The notes under the pieces: generated by a model
What the model was told of the DNA's origin: nothing
Databases searched by the model: none
What the model saw: the letters and a program-made list of their open reading frames with translations, nothing else
Source of the DNA: a bacterium
GTDB taxonomy: Bacteria > Zhuqueibacterota > QNDG01 > JAFGCO01
NCBI GenBank assembly: GCA_016930535.1
Contig: JAFGGN010000037.1
Location: 66,529 to 130,528, forward strand
DNA: 64,000 nucleotides
Direction of reading: 5' to 3'
In this document: positions 20,920-30,903 of the stretch, piece by piece
Layout: each line of letters opens with the position of its first letter
How positions within the stretch are numbered: position 1 is the first letter of the stretch
Program-made: the position numbers and the translations under genes

Positions 20920-20955
20920 TGTTGAATAATCATTTCGTTCGGGACTGGCAAGCCG

Positions 20956-22653
20956 TCATTTCACGGGTTCTGATTGACTCAGTTTTTCCTGAATCCGGGT
21001 ATTGTCCTCATCCAGCGACAACGCCTTTTTCCAGGCGTCCCTCGCTTTTTCCGGCATTCCCAGTGCGGCATAAACATCGCCGAGATGATCATAAACCTCA
21101 TAACTGTCTTTTCTTAACCTGACAGCGGTCTCGATGCAGCTCAGGGCCTCAACCGGCATGCCCATTTGAAAATATATCCAGCCCATGGTGTCGTGATACG
21201 CCCCGTTTTCCGGATCTTTTTCAACGGCGGTCTGCGCCATTTTCATGGCATCCTCCAGCCGTTCCCCGCGCAGGGACAGGCTGTAGGCATAATTGTTCAG
21301 TAACAGCGCATTCTCCGGTTCAAGTGCCAGTGATGTCTGAAACAGACTGTCGGCCTTTAAATAATTACCCAGATTTTCATGCGCGTTGGCCAGAGCACTC
21401 ATCGCGGATATCCAGTCCGGCCGTTTTTTCAGGGCTGTGACCAGCGGCCCAACGGCCTGGCCGTATTGCTCGAGCTGGGCGTAGGCTGTGCCCAGATAGT
21501 AATTTCCCATCGGATCGTCGGGAATATACTGCAATGCCCGGTTCAAATAAACGAGAGCCGAATTCAGACTGTCCATATGGACCAGGGCAAAACCTCCAAA
21601 CAGCCATCCCCATCCGTTTTCCGGAGAAAGTCCTGTCACTTTTCGGAATGAATCAAAAGCAGCACCGTACATTCTCTGGCGCATCAGAAAGCGTCCGTAT
21701 TGAAAATGCGCCTGCCATTCCTGCGGAAAACGGTTCTGGATTTCCTGATACAGATTTCCAGCCTGAACCGAGTCTCCGGTCTGCTGATACAAATCGCCCA
21801 GCTCCAGCCATCGTTCCAGATTGGTCGTATCGATTTCAACCGCTTCAGTATAAACCTGAATGGCCTTTCCCCAGGCCTCCTTTGCAATGTACAGCTGCCC
21901 CAGACGGTCCCTGGCCTCATTCAATGAAGCGGTTTTTTCGATGGCCCGCAGATAATTATCCATGGCCCCCGCCGTGTCCTGTTCGGCTTCACGCGTCATC
22001 CCCAGTCCGAGATATCCAAAGCCCGATTCCGGATGCAGGTCGACAAGCCCCTGAAAATACTGTTTTGATTTTTCAAATTTTTTCAGGTTGAAATAAATTT
22101 CGCCAAGCGATACAAGAACTTTTGGATCCGGAACAGGTTCCAGGTACAGAATGCGTTCATAGGCGGCCGCTGCCGCTTCTATCTTGTCCGCCCGTAAATA
22201 GAGCAGGGCCAGCTTATGCAGCGTGGCAATATGCGTGCTGTCCCGGGCCATAATTGACAGATAGGCCTTTTCGGTCAAATCCCACCAGCCGTGTCTGGCA
22301 TAAATGGAAGCCAGAAGATCCCAGACCTCGATCTGTCCGGGATCCAGTTCCAGTGACCGTTTCAGTGCAAGCATGGCGCTTTCATCTTTACCAAGGCGAA
22401 GATAGTTTTTCCCGATATTCTGATAAATGGTGGGAGAGGTGGAGTCGTACAGGGTTGCTTCCTGGTACATGAGAAGTGCGGCGGCATAATTCTGATTCAA
22501 TTCATGATTCAGCCCGTCGATGAACAGCCCGACCGCCTTAGGATCAGGTTCCGACTGAACGGGGCCGGAAACGATGACCGTTTTCGTTGCACACCCCGAT
22601 ATAATCAGACCCAGACCCGCTATGATGACAAAAAATGGTTTTTTACTGGTCAC
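20956..22653 (-). CDS. tetratricopeptide-repeat lipoprotein
   Basis: 565 aa. Lipobox IISGC. More than 10 TPR units (W-LG-Y-A-F-P pattern throughout). Confidence 0.75.
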   Translation of the reverse strand: MTSKKPFFVIIAGLGLIISGCATKTVIVSGPVQSEPDPKAVGLFIDGLNHELNQNYAAALLMYQEATLYDSTSPTIYQNIGKNYLRLGKDESAMLALKRSLELDPGQIEVWDLLASIYARHGWWDLTEKAYLSIMARDSTHIATLHKLALLYLRADKIEAAAAAYERILYLEPVPDPKVLVSLGEIYFNLKKFEKSKQYFQGLVDLHPESGFGYLGLGMTREAEQDTAGAMDNYLRAIEKTASLNEARDRLGQLYIAKEAWGKAIQVYTEAVEIDTTNLERWLELGDLYQQTGDSVQAGNLYQEIQNRFPQEWQAHFQYGRFLMRQRMYGAAFDSFRKVTGLSPENGWGWLFGGFALVHMDSLNSALVYLNRALQYIPDDPMGNYYLGTAYAQLEQYGQAVGPLVTALKKRPDWISAMSALANAHENLGNYLKADSLFQTSLALEPENALLLNNYAYSLSLRGERLEDAMKMAQTAVEKDPENGAYHDTMGWIYFQMGMPVEALSCIETAVRLRKDSYEVYDHLGDVYAALGMPEKARDAWKKALSLDEDNTRIQEKLSQSEPVK

Positions 22654-22917
22654 TTTATCCTTAACCCGTATTGTTTTAATGAGTTATCAAATTTAATAAA
22701 TAATTGCTTTAAAAACCACATGAAAATCCCTTTATGGCAGTCTGTCCCTTTTCACGCCGGAATATGCATCAATATGGATTCTGTATCAGATTGAACCGGC
22801 CACCTTATGGACGACGGACAGGCATGAAAAGTTCCCTTTTCTTCAATGACACTCCGTCCTTGGTTCATTCGGGTTTTCATGCTTGCCAAAAGATGGTACG
22901 CTTTGTATATTCAAACC

Positions 22918-25374
22918 ATGCCGGGATCCCGTGAAAAAAAATTGGCCGACGTCGTTTTTCCGTTGCTGCCTCTGAAAACACTGACCTATCTCGTCCCCAT
23001 TCCGTTCCGGGATGAAATCGGTGTGGGGCATCGCGTCGTTGTACCCGTGGGAAAACGTCATGAATGCGGCCTCATCGTTTCCTTTCCGGAAAAAACTCCC
23101 TTGAAATCTTTAAAGCCCATCGAAGATTTGGTGGAACCGGAGCCACTGCTTTCGCAGGAAATCATCGACCTTGCGAAATGGGCCTCGGATTACTACATGT
23201 GCACGATTGGCGAGGTCATCCGGGCCATGCTGCCTTCCGTATTGCACAGAGAAACGGATCTGCTTCTTAAAAAAAACCAGGAAGCGGCCATACCGGGGAG
23301 CGGGTCCGATCCCGGGCTTCCCAAAAAACAACAATCGATCATGTCACTTTTCGAAACACGGGACACCCTGACATTTCATACCGTTCAAAAAAACCTAAAG
23401 ATGAACGCGCTGCGTCATGAAATCAGACAGCTCGAATCGCTCGGATTGATCCATGTTCATTATATTCTTGAAGAACCGCGCTCCAGGCCCAAGATGGAAA
23501 CCCGCATTACGCTTCTGAAGAGCCCCTCTGAAGCGGATTGGGATATCCTGAAAAAAGCACCACGGCAGGCCGAAATTCTGAAGCAAATCATCGGACAGGA
23601 CGGCTGTATTGTCCGGTCGGATCTGAATACGGATCTCTCGGTTCTGAGAAATCTTGAACAACGCGGATGGATATCTCTCAGCGAAAAAGAAACCTACAGA
23701 GATCCCTATGCACATATCGTACCCGGGAAACCGAAAGATATCAGTCTGACCACGCACCAGAGCGAGGCCGTCGGCAGGATAACGGAATCCCTGAAATGCG
23801 CTGATTTTATTCCGTTCCTGCTATACGGCATCACTGCCAGCGGAAAAACCCAGGTGTACATCGAGGTCGTCCGTGAAGCCCTGAACCAGGGGAAAACCGC
23901 ATTGATCTTGATCCCCGAGATCTCACTCACCCCCCAGGCTGTACAACGTTATCGTTCCGTTTTCCATGAAGAAGTGGCGATTGTACACAGCCGCATGTCC
24001 CACGGAGAACGGTTCGACTCATGGAGAAAACTGAAGGAGGGCAAATGCCGGATCGCTCTGGGACCTCGTTCGGCTGTTTTTGCGCCTCTTGGGCATCTCG
24101 GTGTCATCATCGTGGACGAAGAACATGATGCCTCATATAAACAGAATGATCCCGCACCGAGGTATCATGCCCGTGATCTGGCCATCATGCGCGCTTCAAT
24201 TAACCGCTGCGTCGTGGTTCTGGGATCCGCATCTCCCAGTTTTGAATCCTATGCAAATGCAAAAGAAGGCAAATACCGCTTATGCCGGCTGCCGGAACGC
24301 ATAGACCAGGTCGAGTTGCCGGCCATATCACTCGTGGACCGCAATGAAGTGCCCGGAGAATACCGGCGCCGTATCATTTCTCCCTTGCTGGAGGAAAAAA
24401 TCGGGAAGTGCCTGGCTCAGGGTGAACAGACCATACTCCTGCAAAACCGAAGGGGGTATGCCACTTTCCTGCGGTGCAGATCCTGCGGTTCCATTGAAAC
24501 CTGTGTCAACTGTGATATCACATTGACCTATCACAGAACCGATTGCACACTGCGATGCCATTTATGCGGTTATCAGAAGGCGGCGCCCAGTTCCTGTTCA
24601 CAATGCGGCGGGCCCAATCTTGGTTATCGCGGTACAGGAACACAAAAAGTCGAGGAAGAAATCCGTTCCCTGTTCGAGGAAATCCGGCTGCTTCGCATGG
24701 ACACAGATACTACCCGATCCAAACACGCACACAGCGATATCGTACACCATTTTGAAAATCATCAGGCGGACCTGCTGTTGGGAACCCAGATGGTGGCCAA
24801 GGGGCACGATTTTCCGGGCGTCAGTCTTGTTGGGGTCATTTCTGCTGATACAGGTCTGCTGTTTCCGGATTTCCGGGCGGAAGAACGGACATTTCAAATG
24901 CTCCTTCAGGCGGCAGGCCGGGCCGGACGGCGCCATCGAAGAGGCGAAGTGGTGATTCAGACTTTTTATCCGGACCATCCCATTTTCGCCTATACTCTGA
25001 ATCAGGATTACGAGGCATTCTTTGAATACGCGATTGCACATCGCCGCTCGCTGAATTACCCCCCATTCGGAAAATTGATCGTGCTTCGTTTCAGGGGACC
25101 CTGGCTGAAAAGCGTGGAGAATGCAGCCCGGGCTTTCTCCGGATCATTGCCGGAGCATGCGCATATCACCAAACTGGGTCCCGTGGCCTCCCCGATCTCG
25201 AGGAAAAAGGGCCAGTATCTGTATCAAATTGTACTGCGATCTGCCAAACAGAACGACAAAAGTGGTCGAAAATTGCGCGATGCCATCCGGGCCGCAATGC
25301 GCCGGTATGAAAACACCTACCATTTCCCGGATGTCCGGCTTATCGTGGATGTCGATCCCGTGGATTTATTATAA
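22918..25374 (+). CDS. priA: primosomal protein N' (replication restart helicase PriA)
   Basis: Walker A GITASGKT, DEEH box IIVDEEHD, the Cys4-Cys4 zinc-binding insertion (CRSCGSIETCVNCDITLTYH...CHLCGY) and the helicase C-terminal domain. The start is ambiguous: ATGs at 22846, 22879 and 22918 all lack an SD. Position 22918 best matches the conserved PriA N-terminus. Confidence 0.85.
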   Translation: MPGSREKKLADVVFPLLPLKTLTYLVPIPFRDEIGVGHRVVVPVGKRHECGLIVSFPEKTPLKSLKPIEDLVEPEPLLSQEIIDLAKWASDYYMCTIGEVIRAMLPSVLHRETDLLLKKNQEAAIPGSGSDPGLPKKQQSIMSLFETRDTLTFHTVQKNLKMNALRHEIRQLESLGLIHVHYILEEPRSRPKMETRITLLKSPSEADWDILKKAPRQAEILKQIIGQDGCIVRSDLNTDLSVLRNLEQRGWISLSEKETYRDPYAHIVPGKPKDISLTTHQSEAVGRITESLKCADFIPFLLYGITASGKTQVYIEVVREALNQGKTALILIPEISLTPQAVQRYRSVFHEEVAIVHSRMSHGERFDSWRKLKEGKCRIALGPRSAVFAPLGHLGVIIVDEEHDASYKQNDPAPRYHARDLAIMRASINRCVVVLGSASPSFESYANAKEGKYRLCRLPERIDQVELPAISLVDRNEVPGEYRRRIISPLLEEKIGKCLAQGEQTILLQNRRGYATFLRCRSCGSIETCVNCDITLTYHRTDCTLRCHLCGYQKAAPSSCSQCGGPNLGYRGTGTQKVEEEIRSLFEEIRLLRMDTDTTRSKHAHSDIVHHFENHQADLLLGTQMVAKGHDFPGVSLVGVISADTGLLFPDFRAEERTFQMLLQAAGRAGRRHRRGEVVIQTFYPDHPIFAYTLNQDYEAFFEYAIAHRRSLNYPPFGKLIVLRFRGPWLKSVENAARAFSGSLPEHAHITKLGPVASPISRKKGQYLYQIVLRSAKQNDKSGRKLRDAIRAAMRRYENTYHFPDVRLIVDVDPVDLL

Positions 25375-25524
25375 ATTGTTTCCATGTTGTAAGGATATTT
25401 GTGCAAAATGCAAATTTTCCATTCAAATGACGGGTTTTTAATTACTTGGTTCATTTTTTGCAATAAATCCTGTGCGCATAAAACTGACAGCAATTATGAC
25501 CATTTATGAAATTGGAGGGGCTGA

Positions 25525-26253
25525 TTGCGCGTTGGAATATTTGCAGATGTTCATGCCAATGAAGAAGCCCTCGATGTTGTTTTGAGCGCACTCAGGCAGG
25601 AAACTGTGGATCAGATCATTTGCTTGGGAGACCTGGTCGGCTATGGACCCAATCCAAATGAATGTATTTCAAAAATATCAGAGACCGCCGATATTGTAAT
25701 CGCCGGAAATCACGACTGGGGAGCCATCGAAAAAATGCCTGTCGAAGGATTCAATCCTTTTGCCAGGCAGGCCATCACGTGGACGCAGGAAGTGCTGAAC
25801 GCGGAATCCCGTAAAATACTGAACGCATTGCCGCTGATTCAGGATGATGGTGTCATTATGGCCGTTCACGCTTCCCCTGAGTTGCCCGATCATTGGCATT
25901 ATGTATCCAGTGAAGATGCGGTATTCCGCAGCCTGATGGCCCAGACTTCTCCTTACTGTTTTATCGGCCATACACATATCCCCGCCATTTACAGCCGCGC
26001 AGTCAACGGGGATATCATGATGCAGAAAGGCGGAAGTCTGACACTGGACCGCGGGCAACTGCATCTTGTCAATGTGGGGAGTGTGGGTCAGCCAAGGGAC
26101 AGTGATCCAAGGGCAGCCTACGGCATACTCGATATTGAAAGATCCCGGTTCGATCTGTTTCGATTACCATACAATATCAAACAAGTACAGGAGAAAATGA
26201 AAGACGCCGGTTTATCGGATTTTCTTATTCAGCGCCTGACTGTCGGGCAATAA
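25525..26253 (+). CDS. calcineurin-like metallophosphoesterase (YfcE/MJ0936-like)
   Basis: 242 aa. Motifs GIFADVHAN, GDLVGYGP, GNHD and GHTH. TTG start with a GGAGGGG RBS. Confidence 0.7.
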   Translation: MRVGIFADVHANEEALDVVLSALRQETVDQIICLGDLVGYGPNPNECISKISETADIVIAGNHDWGAIEKMPVEGFNPFARQAITWTQEVLNAESRKILNALPLIQDDGVIMAVHASPELPDHWHYVSSEDAVFRSLMAQTSPYCFIGHTHIPAIYSRAVNGDIMMQKGGSLTLDRGQLHLVNVGSVGQPRDSDPRAAYGILDIERSRFDLFRLPYNIKQVQEKMKDAGLSDFLIQRLTVGQ

Positions 26254-26277
26254 ACGATCTTTGGGGGAAAGTGTTCC

Positions 26278-26766
26278 ATGTCAGAAAATGCAAGCATCAG
26301 TCACACTCAATACGATCAGGTCATCGCCTGTCTCACCGAGCTGTTAAAAAAACTCCGGCTGAAGGCCGTTCTTGTCGTGAACAGCTCCGGGAGAATCATT
26401 GCCGAAAAAATAAGACAGAAAACCAGTATGGAAACCACGACGCTGGCCACTTTGGCTTCCGGAAGCTATGCAGCGGCAGCCGAAATGGCCCGTCAGCTGG
26501 GTGAACACAATCATTTCAAAATGATGCTGCATGAAGGTCACAAACAAAATGTTTTTATTTCGTCGATTACCGATGATTTTTTTCTCATCATTGTATTTGA
26601 AACAGATGTGGCACTGGGCATGGTCCGGCTATTTGCTAAACGGACGATGGTGCAATTGAATCCGATATTGTCAGAAAAACCCAAAAATCAGTTTGCCGAA
26701 TTATTTGATCAACATTTCCAGGGATTGCTGAATGAAAAACTGGATCAGGCATTCCTGGATGAATAA
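26278..26766 (+). CDS. mglB: MglB-like roadblock/LC7 protein (GAP for MglA)
   Basis: 162 aa. Roadblock fold signature (LATLASGSYAAAAEMARQLGE...HEGHKQNVFISSI...LGMVRL) aligns closely with Myxococcus MglB as recalled. An acidic C-terminal tail is present. Confidence 0.7.
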   Translation: MSENASISHTQYDQVIACLTELLKKLRLKAVLVVNSSGRIIAEKIRQKTSMETTTLATLASGSYAAAAEMARQLGEHNHFKMMLHEGHKQNVFISSITDDFFLIIVFETDVALGMVRLFAKRTMVQLNPILSEKPKNQFAELFDQHFQGLLNEKLDQAFLDE

Positions 26767-26789
26767 AACCCTGCCATGAGGTTGATATC

Positions 26790-27398
26790 ATGTTTATTCA
26801 CTGGGCATTAAAAGAAATTCATCTGAAAATTGTGTACTACGGTCCGGGATTATGCGGAAAGACAGCCAATTTGCAGTACATTTATACACGGATCGATCCT
26901 GCGCTGAAAGGGGACCTGATTACCCTCAAAACCCGTGAGGACAGGACCATTTTCTTTGATTTCCTTCAGCTTGAAGTCGGCCAGATCGATGAAAAAAAAC
27001 CGAAATTCAATTTGTATACGGTTCCCGGCCAAATTAACTACAATCATACGAGAAAAGTGGTTCTGAACGGTGTCGACGGACTGGTTTTTGTCGCGGATTC
27101 CCAGAAAGAGATGATGGATGCCAATCTGGACACGTTACTGGACCTGGAAAAGCACCTGATCGCGGACGGAAAATCGCTGGAAGAGTTTCCCTGGGTGCTG
27201 CAGTACAACAAAAGAGATCTGCCGAATATTGAATCGATTCAGGAAATGGAAACCAAGCTGAACTTTTTTAATGTTCCCAGTTTCGAAGCAGTCGCCACAC
27301 GGGGTACAGGCGTTTTCCCTACATTGAAGGAGGTCATCAAACAGGTGGTAGCCAAGGTCCAGCAGCAGATTGAAGAAGGGAAGAGGATGCGGGCATGA
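26790..27398 (+). CDS. mglA: MglA small Ras-like GTPase
   Basis: 202 aa. P-loop KIVYYGPGLCGKT. Switch regions RTIFFDF and LYTVPGQ. NKRD guanine-specificity motif. Overall near-collinear with M. xanthus MglA as recalled. Confidence 0.85.
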   Translation: MFIHWALKEIHLKIVYYGPGLCGKTANLQYIYTRIDPALKGDLITLKTREDRTIFFDFLQLEVGQIDEKKPKFNLYTVPGQINYNHTRKVVLNGVDGLVFVADSQKEMMDANLDTLLDLEKHLIADGKSLEEFPWVLQYNKRDLPNIESIQEMETKLNFFNVPSFEAVATRGTGVFPTLKEVIKQVVAKVQQQIEEGKRMRA

Positions 27399-27763
27399 CA
27401 GACAGCACCGTTCAGGCCGAAATAGAGACGGCCATGCAGATTTTTAAATCGGAGGACCGTTGGGAATGCATTCAGCTCTATTCAGCCGACGGTCTGCTTC
27501 TTGCCGGCCATGGATTGTCCCCTGTCTACAGCCATGACACTCTGCTGGAATTTAACTTCTCACTGATCGAAACACTCAGGCTTCTGGGAACCGACCAGCC
27601 CGTGAAAGAAATCATGATTCAGGGCATCGATAAAAGACGTCTTGTGTTCCGGTTTTTCCAGGCCTGGGATGAAACCGTTGTACTCGCCGCCATCCTTCAT
27701 ACACAAAAGGGTTATCGCAGGGCCATGGCAAAACTGATCGGCCTGATTCAGGCCATATCCTGA
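27395..27763 (+). CDS. second roadblock/LC7-domain protein (MglC- or MglB2-like)
   Basis: 122 aa. ATGA overlap with the mglA stop. Roadblock-like alternation of hydrophobic beta strands and helices. Diverged from the upstream mglB. Confidence 0.5.
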   Translation: MTDSTVQAEIETAMQIFKSEDRWECIQLYSADGLLLAGHGLSPVYSHDTLLEFNFSLIETLRLLGTDQPVKEIMIQGIDKRRLVFRFFQAWDETVVLAAILHTQKGYRRAMAKLIGLIQAIS

Positions 27764-27946
27764 TCCGGATTCCAATTAGAAAACTATTATCATAAACCTA
27801 TTTCGTTTCCCGCGGATAATGATCATTTCCTAAAAACCTTTATTCCCGTTACAAAAGCGCACCCGTTCCGCTCCTTAACCACTTTGAATTTTGATTTCAG
27901 TCAAATATTCACTATTTTATCCAATCTGATCAAAGGACACGCTACT

Positions 27947-29245
27947 ATGGAAACAGGTCCAAATACGGTTTCTCCGCAAAAATTACGATCCATCCGTTCC
28001 TGGTGTATGTATGACTGGGCGATATCGGGATTTCAGACCACGATCATAGGCGCTGTCCTGCCCATTTTCTTTCGTCAGGTTGCATGCCACAATGTGCCGC
28101 AAAATCATCTGGCCACATCGATATGGGGTTATATTTCTTCCATTGCCATGACTTGCGTGGCTCTTCTGTCGCTGCTGCTCGGTCCGGTTTCCGATCACAG
28201 TGCCGTAAAAAAACCCTTTCTGGGATTGTTCACGGGCATTGGAATCATATTTACGGGTGCGATGGCATTTACGGGTGCCGGTCAATGGCTCTGGATTTCA
28301 ATTCTTTTCATCGTGGCCAGTATCGCAGCAGCCGGGTCCGAAGTGTTTTATGACGGCCTTCTTCCCCATATCGCAGCTCCGGAAGAACTCGACCGCATTT
28401 CAACCCGCGGTTACGCATACGGATACCTCGGCGGCGGATTACTGCTGGCTGTCAATATTCTCATGATTTTTTATCTGCCTCAGACTGAAATCGCACCCGG
28501 CAAGCAGGTGCCGCTTTGGGGTATGCAATTGTCCTTTATCAGTGTTGCATTCTGGTGGGGTGTTTTCGCGATGCCGCTTTTTAAATGGGTGCCGGAGCCT
28601 CCCAGGGCCGCCGCATACCGGCCGGGCCTGCAAACGCTGTCCATCGCTGTAAACCGGTTGAAAAATACATTTATGAATATCCGGAAATATAAAAACGCCT
28701 TTATCCTGCTGCTCGCGTTCTGGCTGTACAGTGATGGAATCGGGACCGTCATCAAAATGGCCACAGCATACGGGGATGAAATCGGAATCGGATATATGGA
28801 TCTGATCGGCGCTTTTGTGATGGTTCAGTTTATTGGCATACCCTGCACTGTTCTTTTCGGAAAAATAGCCGATGTCATCGGGGCCAAACGGTCCATTTTA
28901 CTGGGCCTGCTTATTTATACCGGGATCTCCATCGGCGGATTTTTTATGCAGAAGGCCGTTCATTTCTGGATCCTGGCCGGATTCGTGGGAATGGTTCAGG
29001 GAGGGACACAGGCACTGAGCCGTTCAATGTATGCCCGGATGATACCGAAAGATAAAAGTGCGGAATTTTTCAGCTTTTACACTATCAGCGGCAAATTTGC
29101 AGGTATTATGGGACCCGCGTTTTTTGCTCTGTCCGGTCAATTGTTTCATAACAGCAGGTACGGAATTCTGTGTCTGGTTCTCTTTTTCATCACGGGTGGA
29201 ATCCTGCTGCTCAAGGTTCCCGATAATCCGGAAAACGGGGCATGA
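27947..29245 (+). CDS. MFS transporter (UMF1/Atg22-like family)
   Basis: 12 TM helices. The N-terminal WCMYDWAISGF motif is typical of the UMF1 family. The start was moved to ATG 27947, which has an AAGGAC RBS. Confidence 0.7.
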   Translation: METGPNTVSPQKLRSIRSWCMYDWAISGFQTTIIGAVLPIFFRQVACHNVPQNHLATSIWGYISSIAMTCVALLSLLLGPVSDHSAVKKPFLGLFTGIGIIFTGAMAFTGAGQWLWISILFIVASIAAAGSEVFYDGLLPHIAAPEELDRISTRGYAYGYLGGGLLLAVNILMIFYLPQTEIAPGKQVPLWGMQLSFISVAFWWGVFAMPLFKWVPEPPRAAAYRPGLQTLSIAVNRLKNTFMNIRKYKNAFILLLAFWLYSDGIGTVIKMATAYGDEIGIGYMDLIGAFVMVQFIGIPCTVLFGKIADVIGAKRSILLGLLIYTGISIGGFFMQKAVHFWILAGFVGMVQGGTQALSRSMYARMIPKDKSAEFFSFYTISGKFAGIMGPAFFALSGQLFHNSRYGILCLVLFFITGGILLLKVPDNPENGA

Positions 29246-29250
29246 TGATT

Positions 29251-29847
29251 TTAATCGTCCGCTGCGCCGTATATGGCATGAAAGAAAACCGGATCACGAT
29301 TTGGTTCCAGCACAATGATGTGAAAATCGTTGTACCGTGCAAGCGGGCTTGAATCTTTGTTGAATATGCGGTACAGTGTATACAGGTTGCCTTCCTCACC
29401 CCTTCTCGAAGTGGACATATTTCCGATAAAAAGAATGTTTTCTCCCATATGGGCAGGAAGTATTTTTTCGATAAAATACTCCGCCAGCAAGCTGCTGTCA
29501 TCCCGTAAATCCTGCGGCAGAACCTGGATAGTCAAATCCAGATGATCCGCAAGGGGGCCCGCAGTCTGTTTGTTTCGTTCCCAGTCCGGACAGATGATGG
29601 CCGTAATGCCGCTGTCCGCCAGCAGTTCTTTGAGCGACTGCGCCCTTGCCCTGCCTTTTTCATTCAGGGGCGGATCCGGTCCAGGATCTCTCTCGGCATG
29701 ACGAACCAGATAGATTTTCGTCCGGGCAGTCACGAAAACCTGTTCCGCTTTATCCGCCTGCCCCGAGCCATGAGCCGCAATGCAGAAAAACACGGTGCCG
29801 GTCAGGGCAAATATTTGGCGGAACGAAATAAAACGCCGTTTATGCAT
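29251..29847 (-). CDS. secreted histidine phosphatase superfamily protein (SixA/PGAM-like)
   Basis: 198 aa. Signal peptide. The RHAER catalytic motif (LVRHAERD) is followed by EKG. 8-nt overlap with the upstream mtnA-like gene. Confidence 0.65.
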   Translation of the reverse strand: MHKRRFISFRQIFALTGTVFFCIAAHGSGQADKAEQVFVTARTKIYLVRHAERDPGPDPPLNEKGRARAQSLKELLADSGITAIICPDWERNKQTAGPLADHLDLTIQVLPQDLRDDSSLLAEYFIEKILPAHMGENILFIGNMSTSRRGEEGNLYTLYRIFNKDSSPLARYNDFHIIVLEPNRDPVFFHAIYGAADD

Positions 29848-30901
29848 CGCTCAGTATACCGCCTTCCAGAAGTACTTTCCGTATGGACAGTTCAAAAGGA
29901 GGAGTCAGCACACCTTTTTCGGTCACAATCGCGGTCACCAGATGATTGGGCGTGACATCGAACGCCGGATTGTATACGGGAACCGCTTCCGGCACGGTGA
30001 TTCTTCCCATAAATGCAGCGACTTCTGATCTGTCACGCTGTTCGATGGGTATTTCTGATCCGGAGGAAATCGACAGATCGAAACTGGACACCGGAGCCAC
30101 CACGTAAAATGGAATTTCATGTTTTTCTGCCAGCACGGACAGCATATATGTGCCCACTTTATTGGCAACATCCCCATTGGCCGCAATACGGTCGGCCCCG
30201 ACGATGACGCAATCGACTTCTCCCCGCTGCATCAGAAAGGCAGCCGCCGAATCACACAGAACCGTGACGCTTATACCGTTCGCATTCAACTCCCATGAAG
30301 TCAGGCGGGCTCCCTGAAGAAGCGGACGGGTTTCATCAGCGTAGACTTTGATTTCCTTGCCTTGGGAAACCGCCTCATAAATCACGGCCAGTGCGGTTCC
30401 ATACTCTGAAGTTGCCAGCGCTCCGGCATTGCAATGAGTCAGAATATTGGCTGCATCGGGAATCAGTTCTGCACCATGTACACCAAGTTGATGACAGATC
30501 AGACGGTCCTCGTTCAGTATATCGAGTGCTTCCTGTAAAAGCCTCTCGCGGATTTCGCCGGGACTCAAATGTGCAGCCTGGTTCAGAACCTGCTCCATCC
30601 GGTTCAGTGCCCAGAACAGATTGACCGCGGTGGGACGGGTACGGCCCAGCACGTCCATCGCGTCGCGAATACTGCTGATGAACGCTTCCGCCGGTTCATC
30701 CGTATGATTATTGGCTGCCAGTGCAACGCCGAGAGCTGCCGCTATACCGATGGCCGGAGCGCCCCGCACCCGTAAGGAACAAATGGCCTCCGCAAGATCC
30801 TCTACTGTTTCAATATTGAGGTAGAGTGAATGCCCCGGAAGTGCTGTCTGGTCGATCAGCCGTATCTTGTTCTCTGTCCAGTCTATCGTGCGAAATGTCA
30901 T
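29840..30901 (-). CDS. mtnA: S-methyl-5-thioribose-1-phosphate isomerase family (MtnA/DrdI, eIF-2B-like)
   Basis: 353 aa. The N-terminal IDQTALP motif, RVRGAPAIG, and the full-length eIF-2B alpha/beta/delta fold. Confidence 0.8.
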   Translation of the reverse strand: MTFRTIDWTENKIRLIDQTALPGHSLYLNIETVEDLAEAICSLRVRGAPAIGIAAALGVALAANNHTDEPAEAFISSIRDAMDVLGRTRPTAVNLFWALNRMEQVLNQAAHLSPGEIRERLLQEALDILNEDRLICHQLGVHGAELIPDAANILTHCNAGALATSEYGTALAVIYEAVSQGKEIKVYADETRPLLQGARLTSWELNANGISVTVLCDSAAAFLMQRGEVDCVIVGADRIAANGDVANKVGTYMLSVLAEKHEIPFYVVAPVSSFDLSISSGSEIPIEQRDRSEVAAFMGRITVPEAVPVYNPAFDVTPNHLVTAIVTEKGVLTPPFELSIRKVLLEGGILSDA

Positions 30902-30903
30902 GG

